From Ruditapes philippinarum (lineage: Eukaryota), in contig NW_026852998.1 of NCBI RefSeq assembly GCF_026571515.1, positions 434,001-498,000 of the forward strand: a DNA stretch of 64,000 bases, given 5' to 3'. Below, in pieces: positions 53,136 to 64,000 of this stretch. The notes under the pieces were generated by a model. That model was not told the DNA's origin. It ran no database searches and was given only the letters and a program-made list of their open reading frames with translations. A program made the position numbers and the translations under genes. Positions within the stretch are counted from its first letter, which is position 1, and the number at the start of each line of letters is the position of its first letter.

Positions 53136-53360
53136 ATTTATGGTAAATTAATTATATAATGTATAAATACTTTGGAAGGTGACTATTGAATTAGATATTT
53201 AAATGATTATTAAACCTTTAACATAATGTTTAACAAAGCTGTTTTCAATGAAGTTTAACACATATTTAAATGATAGGACTATATGGGAGACATACATGAA
53301 TTGAAAACACCATAGTTACATAATTTTAGACATCCATTCTTTATTTAAGACACACAAAGT

Positions 53361-54578
53361 AACAAGCAATTATCATAGTATTGCAAGCAATCCATAAGTC
53401 CCCTACCGGTAAGAGCCCAAGCAACATTCTGAAGGGCCATTTGCCATTCACTTATGTTCCTATTTTAAGTAAATTTGTTGAAAAAGTTCTTTAAAAGTGA
53501 TCACAGGAAACAGTTTTTATGTACAGACAGACGGACTGAAGGACACTCTAAAGTTATTTTTTAAACATCCCTGTTATCAAAATATATCATTTTTAAAATC
53601 CTATCATGATTGAAGAAGTTGGAGTAAAAATTACCAATTTCTCAAAAAAAAATCTAAGTTCAAAAGGGGCATAATTCTGGAAATAGTCTTGCTAGAGTAC
53701 TGGACCATCACAAATGTTGAGTGATAATAAGAAACATTTATATGAAGTTTGAAGTAGATACATTCAGAAAAAAAAGTTATTAAAAAAAAAAAAAAAAACA
53801 ATGTTTTTTCATGAAAATTTTAAGTTCAAGGGAGGTAATTCTGATAAATTTTGTGCTAGAGTTGTAAACCTTGTCACATATGATGTGGTTGATTACAAGC
53901 AACTTATATTTAAAGTTTGAAGAAAATACCTTAAGTAATAAAGAACTTATAGTGAAAAAACTTAAAAACTAGAATCAGAAATCTTGAAATTCAGTCTATT
54001 TGTTGCCATAGCAACCAGAATTTTCAACATAGGAAGATAAGAAAAGGATGTGCATAATTTCCATACTGCCATATACCCATATGTCAAGTTTCATAAACAT
54101 ATTTTCAGTACTTTTAGTGTTATCACTGGATCCAGGTTATGTGTAAAATTTGCCATATTTTCAGTCTATTTGTTGCCATAGCAACCAGAATTTTCAACAT
54201 AGGAAGAAAAGAAAACGACGTGCATAATCTCCATACTGCCATCTATCCATATATCAAGTTTCATAAAAATATTTTCAGTACTTTTTGCGTTATTGCGGGA
54301 TCCAGGTTATGTGTAAAATTTGCCATATTTTCAGTCTATTTGTTGCCATAGCAACCAGAATTTTCAACATAGGAAGAAAAGAAAAAGACGTGCATAATCT
54401 CCATACTGCCATCTATCCATATATCAAGTTTCATTAAAATATTTTCAGTAGTTTTTGTGTTATCGCGGGATCCAGTTTTGTGGACGGACGGACTACGGAC
54501 GGACAGACGGACGGACGGACGGACAGACGGACGGAGGGTAAACCTAAAATCCCCTCCGGTAAACCGGTAGGGGACTAA
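53361..54578 (+). mobile_element. HINE/pearl-type element, composite, with three 170-bp core repeats
   Basis: AACAAG start and subterminal inverted repeats AGTCCCCTACCGGT (53397) / ACCGGTAGGGGACT (54563), with terminal hairpin TCCCCTCCGGTAAACCGGTAGGGGA. (GGAC/AGAC)n at 54481-54535. Units at 53991, 54161 and 54331. Confidence 0.8.
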
Positions 54579-56519
54579 TAACTACTTCTAATTCTGCTAG
54601 GTTTGTCAAAAGGAAGGAAAACTTACTTCTTACATCACATTTGGAATGGAAAAATATTTGAAAGAAATCAGTTGATAAAACAATTGAAGAAAAAATTTTG
54701 TGAACGTGTTTGTCAAAGAAAATTTTCACAGCTCTTTTTCTTAAAGACAATTTATTCCTCAGAAATTAATTAAAAAATTACTTCTTTAAAAAGGGCACAT
54801 GAGTTTTATAACATTTAAATAATGGTTTTAGAAATTGTTTGATGTTTTTCACATGAAGAATATATCGCTGAATGTTAAATTACTTGTCCTAAATTAGAAA
54901 AATATAAATAAAGAAGTATTTTGACTTCCATACAAAACACTAAATCCCCATATCTGTACAGACTCCCAAAAGAAGTAACAGCAGCAAAAGATATTTCCGG
55001 TAATTAGCAAACAAGTAATGTTTGGAAAAATGAAACAGGGCGCCCAAAATAAAAAGCTTTTGACAAATGAAAATAAAAGCATTTCTGGGGCATAATGGGC
55101 CTTTAAAGAAGCTGACAAAAATAGTTTTAACATATATAATGAAACAAAGCTCAATCCTAAAGAAATATTTCATCTAAAATTGAAAAATTTATAACTTTTT
55201 CAAATATCTTTACTGATTCAAATATTATTCTATTGACATAACAGCAACATATTTACATAGTACTATGAGCTTTAAACAAATGAGATGCGGTCAAATCTCC
55301 TAGTGAAAATATTTTAAGAAAACGCTGTTTGCTTTTAAAGGTGGTATGTAGTTTAAGAATTTTTACTAGATAAATACATGTACAATAGACTGTTAAACAA
55401 TCTAGAAAGAAATACAGGCTGACACCTTGGGATGTAGCTGTTTGATATACAATGATTTATGTTAACACATGTGTAACTGTATATGTAACAGATTGTCTAT
55501 GTAAAATGTACCTTCACCTGGTAAAAATAAATAAAATATTTAAACAATAATCTAGACAAAGCATGAAAACATAATAAATCTATGAATGTAAAATCAAACC
55601 AGTGAAGAAAACGATATATAAAATGCACTGTACACATAATAGCAGAAATAAATATGAACAAAATAATACTGAGAACAAACTGTCATTCTAACTACATTCA
55701 TATAAAAGCTCTTATACAGATTTCACATGCTTGTATAATTTTGTCTGAGAATTTATCATCAAAACAGTCCTGTCAATTTTGTTTTTATATCAATGAAACC
55801 TTTCTGTAAAGTCTCAATTTAAGACATAGGAAAGTGCCTTTCGTGATGAAAACTGGTTAGTCGATACATTTCATTATGCACTGTAATTTGTCAAAAACAA
55901 ATAATGATCAGACAGAAATAAAGAGTTTTTATTTAGTATGTCTTGTGCTAGATATAATCATAAGTTTTACATAAATTAATTTCTAGGAGTTTGGTTTCAA
56001 GTCACTATGGTGAAAAGGTCATATGCCACAATGACTTTTCCGGCTTTACTGATGGCGATGGTATCCATGGTAACCTTCTATCCATTTTTTTTAAGAACTA
56101 ACATGACTATGGATATACCTAGCTGAAAGCAAGATAAGTGACTCTTACACTTGCTGAAAGTATCTTTGAACAGCTTCTTTTTTTAAAAACTTTGCAACAC
56201 TTAACTAACATTCCCTGTGGTGAGTGTATATATGAATTTGCCTCGAATGAAAAAAAAAAGAAAGAAGAAAAGAAAAACTCACAAAAATACGTCAAAGCCT
56301 GCTAATATATACTTACACAAGACAGAATGTGACAGAAAATGTTTTGTGATAGTTAAATAAATAAAAAGAAACCCTAAAAGAACAGCAAAACTGAAAATGT
56401 TGCAAGCTGGGTTTGATTGCAGTGTAGGTTCAAGCTACCATCCATGCAAGTGTTTTGTTATATGAAAAATAAAAGTTATTATAAGTTATTATATTATCAT
56501 CATCATTATTATTATTATA

Positions 56520-58268
56520 AACAAGAGGGCCATGATGGCCCTGAAGTCGCTCACCTGTATATAGCCCTCCTCCCCCCCCCCCCGGCAGAGCCGATTTTAA
56601 CCCAAGGGCTTTTATTTGAACAAACTTGGTAGACACCCATAAGAAGATGTTTCATGCTAAACATCTAGGCTCTAGCTCATTGGGTTTCTTAAAAGAAGAT
56701 TTTTTAAGTTTTTACTATACACATATAGTTAATAAATGACACCCCTGGGGCGGGGCCAGTTTTGACTCCAGGGCTTTTATTTGAACAAACTTTGTAGACA
56801 CTTACTAGAAAATGTTTCATGCTTAATATCTAAACTCTAGCTATTTGGGTTTTTTCAAAGAAGATTTTTAAGTTTTTGCAATACACATATAAGGAAAATC
56901 AATGACCCCCAGGACGGGGCCAATTTTGACCCCAGGGCTCTTATTTGAACATACTTGGTAGACACCCATTAGAACATGTTTCATGCTAAATATCTTAGCT
57001 CTAGCTCTTTGAGTTCTTTAAAAGAAGATTTTTTAAGTTTTTACTATATGCATATAAGGAAAATCAATGACCCCCTGGGGCGGGGCCAATTTTGACCCCG
57101 GGGCTTTCATTTGAACAAACTTGGTAGACACTCATTAGAGGATGTTTCATGCTAAATATCTTAGCTCTAGCTCTTTGGGTTCTTTTAAAGAAGATTTTTT
57201 ATGTTTTTACTATATGCATATAGGGAAAATCAATGACCCCCTGGGGCGGGGCCAATTTTGACCCCGGGGCTTTTATTTGAACAAACTTGGTAGACACTCA
57301 CTAGAAGATGTTTCATGCAAAATATCTAAGCTCTAGCACATTGGGTTTCTTAAAGAAGATTTTTTAAGTTTTTACTATACACATATAGTTAATAAATGAC
57401 ACCCCTGGGGCGGGGCCAGTTTTGACCCCAGGGCTTTTATTTGAACAAACTTTGTAGACACTTATTAGAAGATGTTTCATGATTAATATTCAAACTCTAG
57501 CTATTTGGGTTTTTTCAAAGAAGATTTTTAAGTTTTTGCTATACACATATTAGGAAAATCAATGACCCCCGGGGAGGGGCCAATTTTGACCCCAGGGCTT
57601 TTATTTGAACAAACTTGGTAGACACCCATTAGAGCATGTTTCATGCTTAATATCTTAGCTCTAACTCTTTGAGTTCTTTAAAAGAAGATTTTTTAAGTTT
57701 TTACTATATGCATATAGGGAAAATCAATGACCCCCTGGGGCGGGGCCAATTTTGACCCCAGGGCTTTTATTTGAACAAACTTGGTAGACACTCATTAGAA
57801 GATGTTTCATGCTAAATATCTTAGCTCTAGCTCTTTGGGTTCTTTAAAAGAAGATTTTTTAAGTTTTTACTATATGCATATAGGGAAAATCAATGACCCC
57901 CTGGGGCGGGGTCAATTTTGACCCCAGGGCTTTTATTTGAACAAACTTGGTAGACACTCACTAGAAGATGTTTCATGCCAAATATCTAAGCTCTAGCTCT
58001 TACAGTTTTTTAAAAGAAGATATTTAAAGTTTTTTCTTTCGGTTGCCATGGCAACCAGAGTTCTGCATGGAATTAAATTCTTTGAACAATTTTTAAAGTT
58101 GACCACCAAAGGAACATTCCTGTGAAGTTTGGATGAAATTGGCTTAGTGGTTTATGAGGAGATGTCATTTAAAGTAAAAGTTTACGGACGGACGGACGCC
58201 GGACGGACGCCGGACGAAAAGCGATCACAAAAGCTCACCCTGTCACTTTGTGACAGGTGAGCTAAAAA
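56520..58268 (+). mobile_element. HINE/pearl-type element with about 9 tandem 165-bp core repeats
   Basis: ACAAGAGGGCCATGATGGCCCT hairpin and GCTCACCTG subterminal repeat, then a 165-bp array (about 56590-58030), (GGAC)n, and terminal GCTCACCCTGTCACTTTGTGACAGGTGAGCTAAAA. Confidence 0.9.
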
Positions 58269-58631
58269 AGAATTTAAATGTGACAATCATATTTTAAAAG
58301 AAAATTCTGCATTTTTCAAGTGTCTACAAGATTAGAGGCAACAAAAAATTCTCTTTACTTCCACAGATAAGCAATGAAGTCAGTTGATTACATATAAAAG
58401 ATATTAATAAGTTAAACAGAACATAGTGTTTTATCTACTTTGTGACATAACAAAATTTACAACATACTTTGGCACTGCATTCAGAGCAACAATTATATAC
58501 AGATTTTGAATGTTTGTGTATAAAAATATATCTAGCACTCAATAAGTATTTGAGACAAATGATTAAACTGTACCCATTAGCGTGAGACCATCTCCTCTTA
58601 TTTATCTGTATCAGCCATCCCACTGTTTATA

Positions 58632-58868
58632 TGAGCGGCATCACAACAAAACCAACATAGTGCGTTTGCGACCAGCATGGATCCAGACCAGCCTGCGCAT
58701 CCGCGCAGTCTGATCAGTATCAATGCTGTTCACTTACCAACTCTATTTCAAGTAGAGAAACTGATAGCTAACAGCATGAATCCTGATCAGACTGCACGGA
58801 TGCGCAGGCTGGTCTGGATCCATGCTGGTCGCCAACACACTATGTTGGTTTTGTCGTGACGCAGCTCA
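58632..58868. mobile_element. Palindromic MITE, full copy
   Basis: TGAGCGGCATCACAACAAAACCAAC...GTTGGTTTTGTCGTGACGCAGCTCA. Confidence 0.92.
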
Positions 58869-60075
58869 TATACTTTTCTTTTTTATAAACAATCCCTTCT
58901 GATTTATATACTCCCCATTAGAATAAGTATATACCTGGGAGAAAAGGACAAAACAAAGTCAGATGAGAAGAGCTAAAAAAACAAACAAAAAAAAACAACA
59001 AAAAAACTTAAATTTAAAAAACAACTTTTTAACACTATCTTATCTTTCTGTCATTTTAATTTTGAAAACTATTCCAACTGTTTAGATAATTGAGCAGCCA
59101 ACAGTTTCAATTTATTCTCAATTCCTGACAATATATGTTAAACATATTTACATATAGTGCTTCTAAATGCAGTAAAATATTGTCAAAATATGTATGAAAA
59201 TTTAAACCAACTTTCTTTAATTACATGCTTTATAATGTAACTAATGAATTCTAGCAATTAAGGAAAAATACAATGAAAAATATTTTTTCATATCTCACTG
59301 CAAAACAATCAAATATATAATCAATTTGCAAGATATAACAGATAAAAATATATTTCATGTGTACACATAACCTTTTCAGTGAAAAAGAAATTTCATTTCA
59401 TATTCACATTAAGTTAGCAAAAGTCTGAACTCATATTTATAAAACAGCAAACAATTAAAACTCTTTTTAACTAAAGAAAAACAGCAAAAAACATCATAAT
59501 TCATATGAAATACGCCCCCTCCCCCAAAAAACACATATGAATTAAAAAACACCAAAAATATGCCTGACATATCCATTTATTAGACATAAATTTATAGATA
59601 TTCTCTGAATGCAGTTTTTCAATAAAATTACCACATTGTCTATACCTCTTGAACTTTTGTCATTTGTGTTGTATGGAAAACCAATAAAATAGATGGTCCA
59701 GGTTATACTTTCTTTGGAATCTTTCAAATATTTCATTATATATTTTTTTCATAATGTAGGGGGGGGGGATAAAGAAAAGAGTCTGCTGATTTTTAAGTGA
59801 GTAACCAATACTGGGTTTCTTTCTTTCTGAGAAAAAAAATAACTGGGTTTCTTTCTTTCTTGAGAAAAAATTTCTGGTAAATCAAAACTGGTTATTTGAG
59901 CAGTCAAAAATGAAGGCAGATATAATAAAACCCTGTACTTCAACTTTCAGATATAATTGGAGAGGGTTTCACTTTACAAAAAACAATACTCTTTTTTCCC
60001 ATGACACATTCAAAGTATTGGTTACTCTCTTAATTGAATGTTCTCTTTATTTTAACTCATTTAAGATAATGAAAC

Positions 60076-60987
60076 AATAAGAGGGCCATGATGGCCCTGA
60101 AGTCGCTCACCTGTATATAGGCCCCCAGAGTGGGGCCAGTTTAAACCCAAGGGCTTTTATTTTAACAAACTTGGTAAACACCCATTACAAGATGTTTCAT
60201 GCTAAACATCTAAGGTCTAGCTCGTTGAGTTTTTAAAAAAAAAAGATTTTTTAAGTTATAACTATACACATATAGTTCAAAGCAATGACATCCCTAGGGC
60301 GGGGCCAGTTTTGCCCCCAGAACTTTTTTTTTTTAAACAAACTTTGAAGACACTCACTAGAAGATGTTTCATGCTTAATATCAAAACTCTAGCTATTTGG
60401 TTTTTTTCAAAGAAGATTTTTAAGATTTTGCTATACACATATAAGGAAAATCAATGTCCCCCTGGGCAGGGCCAATTTTGACCCCAGGGCTTTTATTTGA
60501 ACAAACTTGGTAGACACCCATTAGAAGATGTTTCGTTTCTAAATATCTTAGCTCTAGCTCTTTGGGTTTCTTAAAAGAAGATTTTTTAAGTTTTTTTACT
60601 ATATGCATATAGGAAATAACAATGACCCCGGGGCGAGGCCAATTGTGACCCCCATGGCTTTTATTTGAACAAACTTGATAGACACTTACTAGAAGATGTT
60701 TCATGCCAAATATCTAAGCTCTACCTCTTTGGATTTTTTAAAAGAAGATATTTTAAGTCTTTTCTATCGGTTGCCATGGCAACAGAATTCTGCATGGAAT
60801 AAAATTCTTTGAACAATTTTTAAAGGTGACCACCAAAGGAACATTCCTGTGAAGTTTGGATGAAATTGGCTCAGCGGTTTATGAGGAGATGTCATTTAAA
60901 GTAAAAGTTTACGGACGACGGACGGACGACGGATGAAAGCGATCACAAAAGCTCACCCTGTCACTTTGTGACAGTTGAGCTAAAAAA
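60076..60987 (+). mobile_element. Second copy of the 56520 HINE family, with 4 core repeats
   Basis: Same termini (AAGAGGGCCATGATGGCCCTGAAGTCGCTCACCTG ... GCTCACCCTGTCACTTTGTGACAGTTGAGCTAAAA) and the same 165-bp units. Confidence 0.9.
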
Positions 60988-61147
60988 TATTAAGAAAACA
61001 TAACCTGGATCATCTTATTAGTGTTCCACCACAGTTCACAAAATATTCACATGGCATCGGCACCATAAATACAGTGAACAGTTCCATTATAAAAAGTTCA
61101 TCAATATGATGAAATCTATTTAACAAATATCATACATCTTACATATA

Positions 61148-61545
61148 TGAGCTGCGTCACGACAAAACCAACATAGTGCGTTTGCGACCAGCATGGATCC
61201 AGACCAGCCTGCGCATCCGCGCAGTCTGATCAGGATCCATGCTGTTCGCTATCAGTTTCTCTACTTGTTATAGGGTTTGTAAGCGAACAGCATGGATCCT
61301 GATCAGACTGCGCGGATGCGCAGGCTGGTCTGGATCCATGCTGGTCGCAAACGCATTACGTTGATTTTGTCATGGCGCGGCTCAGTCTGATCAGGATCCA
61401 TGCTGTTCGCTTACCAACCCTTTTACAAGTAGAGAAACTAATAGCGAACAGCATGGATCCTGATCAGACTGCGCGGATGCGCAGGCTGGTCTGGATCCAT
61501 GCTGGTCTCAAACGCACTATGTTGGTTTTGTCGTGACGCGGCTCA
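61148..61545. mobile_element. Composite palindromic MITE with two loops in opposite orientation
   Basis: Arm, inverted loop and arm ending GGCTCA (61384), fused to GTCTGATCAGG, a forward loop and an arm ending at 61545. Confidence 0.9.
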
Positions 61546-62478
61546 TATATTCAAATCTTTAAAAATATGTATCTTATACAAGAATTGCCATTCTGTTTTA
61601 CTCACAATATAATCAAGAAAAGCTTAGTCATAAAATTAATCATGAACTCTTGCAGGGACTCCGTCTAAGTTTGCAATTCTTGTAAACAATTTTATTACAA
61701 CTTTGCTTAAATGCAATATACAATATATAAGAATGGAAACATTAAGCCAAAAAAACTGTATATAAAAAAAATATCTTCAGATGATCAAAATTTTAGTAAT
61801 TTGATGAAATTATATATGTTCAAATTGTATATTTAAGATATCTATGAATATCTAAACATTATATTTAACTACATGTGTATATTTTACATACGTATCTAAG
61901 ACAGTATGTACCATTTCAACATGTTCGAAGGTAGGGAAAATAAACAGCCAAACAATTAACAAGGAAATTCAAAATCATTGTTAAATGTTTAATGACAGAG
62001 CTATTTGACTATTGACACAAACTTACGTGTTTAAGTCTGGTACAATAGAAACTGGAAGGGCAATAAACATAATATGGATATATAATAACTATTATACTAT
62101 TAACCTAAACAAGAACACATCAAAGTTACTCTGAACTAAATAAAGCAACACTAATAATCCTTACGCTGTTTCCAGGCAACATATTTTGATTAGTTCTCCA
62201 AACAAACTTCTATGTATTAACCATGTTAAAGCTTTATCTGACCAAAACAAACCAATTGAAATTTGATGAAAAGATTCAGAATTATCTACAGATATATTAC
62301 AGTTTAATATGACCCTCTTTATGTTTTACACATCTTACAGATCAAACCTGTCTATAAAGCCTATAAAGTCTATACCATTCGTTAGAAAGCCATGTAAGGA
62401 ATCTTTGTTGACATAAGACCTTATTTTAAAATCAAAATGTGATACAAATCCTGAAATGGACAATAGAATGATGGCAAT

Positions 62479-62972
62479 GATGTTCACAGAATGAATGTCT
62501 ATGTTCACAAAAAATCTATGTTAACAAATGTTCTGTGTTCACAGATGATCTATGTCCACAAATAGTAAATGTTTGCAGATGACCTATGTTCATAGATAAT
62601 CTATTTTTATAAATAGTCTATGTTCACAAATGGTATATGTTCACAGATGATCTATGTTCACAGATGGTCCTTGTTCACAGATAATATATGTTCACAAATG
62701 GTATATGTTCACAGATGCTCTATGTTCACAATGGTTTATGTTCACATATGATCTATGTTCACAAATGGCTTATGATCACAGATGATCTATGTTCACATAG
62801 GATCTATGTTCACAGATGATCTCTGTTCATAAATAGTATATGTTCACAAATGGCTTATTATCGCAGATGATCTATGTTCACATAGGATCTATGTTCACAG
62901 ATGATCTCTGCTCATAAATAGTATATGTTCACAAATGGTTTATGGTCACAGAAAGATTATCTATGTTCACAG
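62479..62972. repeat. 17-bp minisatellite (ATGTTCACAGATGATCT), about 28 diverged copies
   Basis: TGTTCACA recurs with a 17-bp period. Confidence 0.9.
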
Positions 62973-64000
62973 TTGAACTTGACTTAATAAATATATATAT
63001 TTCCATGGATAATTCAGAATCTGATCATCTTAAAGCCCTGGTATCAAGTGACTAGAGCTACACATGAGCAATATAAAACCATGTACAATATGACAAGTTT
63101 TAACAGTAATACATAACTGATACATTTCTACTATCACAGCCACCACATCTTGACTGTTTCTACATATAAAGTCTTGCCCCAAGAAACATTATATCAGCCT
63201 TTTTTAGTCTATGTTTTTTTATGCAAAAACAAGGATATTGTATACATGTATTTCATAATACAAAAAAAATACAAAATCTAAAATGATATGCAGCAAAGAC
63301 ATTGTCTAAAAATTTAAAGTTGTGATAAAAATACATTACATGAAATGATTTCACAGGGATAACAAGTTCAAGATACTTTGTTACCTCAGCATTGATATAA
63401 ACAGCCCTATGCTTGTTACATGGAATCAGACAAGCTTGCATATCCATGTTGTCTGTACAGACTATAATTAACTAGTTGAATACTGAAATCTCTTTAACTA
63501 CTTATGCACTGTTTCAAGTTCAAAGAAGGGTAATTTAGTCTTTTTTTCATTTCAGCAATGTAGGTCAACCTACAACCTGCTGAGGTTGTTACTGAATATT
63601 TATTAACCTATGATTGTGGATTCACGGTGTATCAATGGACAACATAATTTGAATCATTCCATTCCTATTTTTAATGAATTTCAAAACATTTATTCTTATA
63701 ACAGTTAAACTGATTTATCTACACTGCCCAGGCTGTTACAAGTTTGAGACTGAGCTGATGTTTATATTTAAAATATTATCAAACATGTTTTTACATCCTA
63801 AGAAAACAATTTCATATGCTAACAAGACACAATATAGTTGTTTCAATATATGTTACTCAATGGACTGAAGTTTGTTTCCAGTGCATTAATTCTCAAAATA
63901 AAAATACCAATCATCATGTACAAACACAGATAAAACAAAACTTAGTGAAACCATTGAGAAAGTTGACTATCAAATAAACATTATACCATGATATTTTGTT

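Noticed and set aside
56590-58030. CRISPR-like appearance of the regular repeat arrays (also 36984-37700 and 20474-21380)
   Set aside because: The units repeat along their whole length with no unique spacers. There are no cas genes and the context is eukaryotic.

Overview
AT-rich, intron-containing animal DNA. The repeat families and gene style suggest a bivalve mollusc (inference). There are four protein-coding loci. (1) A minus-strand DZIP3/hRUL138-like HEPN-domain gene at about 0.8-1.6 kb, with an intact RxxxxH motif but a +1 frame break at TTC-TGA-C. (2) A complete 9-exon sialate O-acetylesterase gene (SIAE, about 502 aa, 5304-10865). (3) A complete USP6NL/RN-tre TBC Rab-GAP gene with 13 coding exons (about 814 aa, 15080-28349). 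(4) A 4-exon, low-complexity orphan gene on the minus strand (about 575 aa, 40617-45897). The rest is dominated by non-autonomous mobile DNA: Helentron/HINE(pearl)-type elements with 160-170 bp internal tandem repeats, a palindromic 237-bp MITE family, tRNA-derived SINEs, Tc1 and mariner remnants, an IS3EU-like element and minisatellites. The most notable observations are a 17+1+17 bp hairpin with a 7-bp target duplication that looks like a P/Galileo-superfamily excision footprint, a 2-kb 24-bp minisatellite amplified from a motif inside a HINE core unit, a 4-monomer higher-order repeat forming inside a HINE, and the shifty-stop-like break in the HEPN gene. There is one assembly gap (3365-3522). 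I found no CRISPR arrays, rRNA genes or true tRNA genes.
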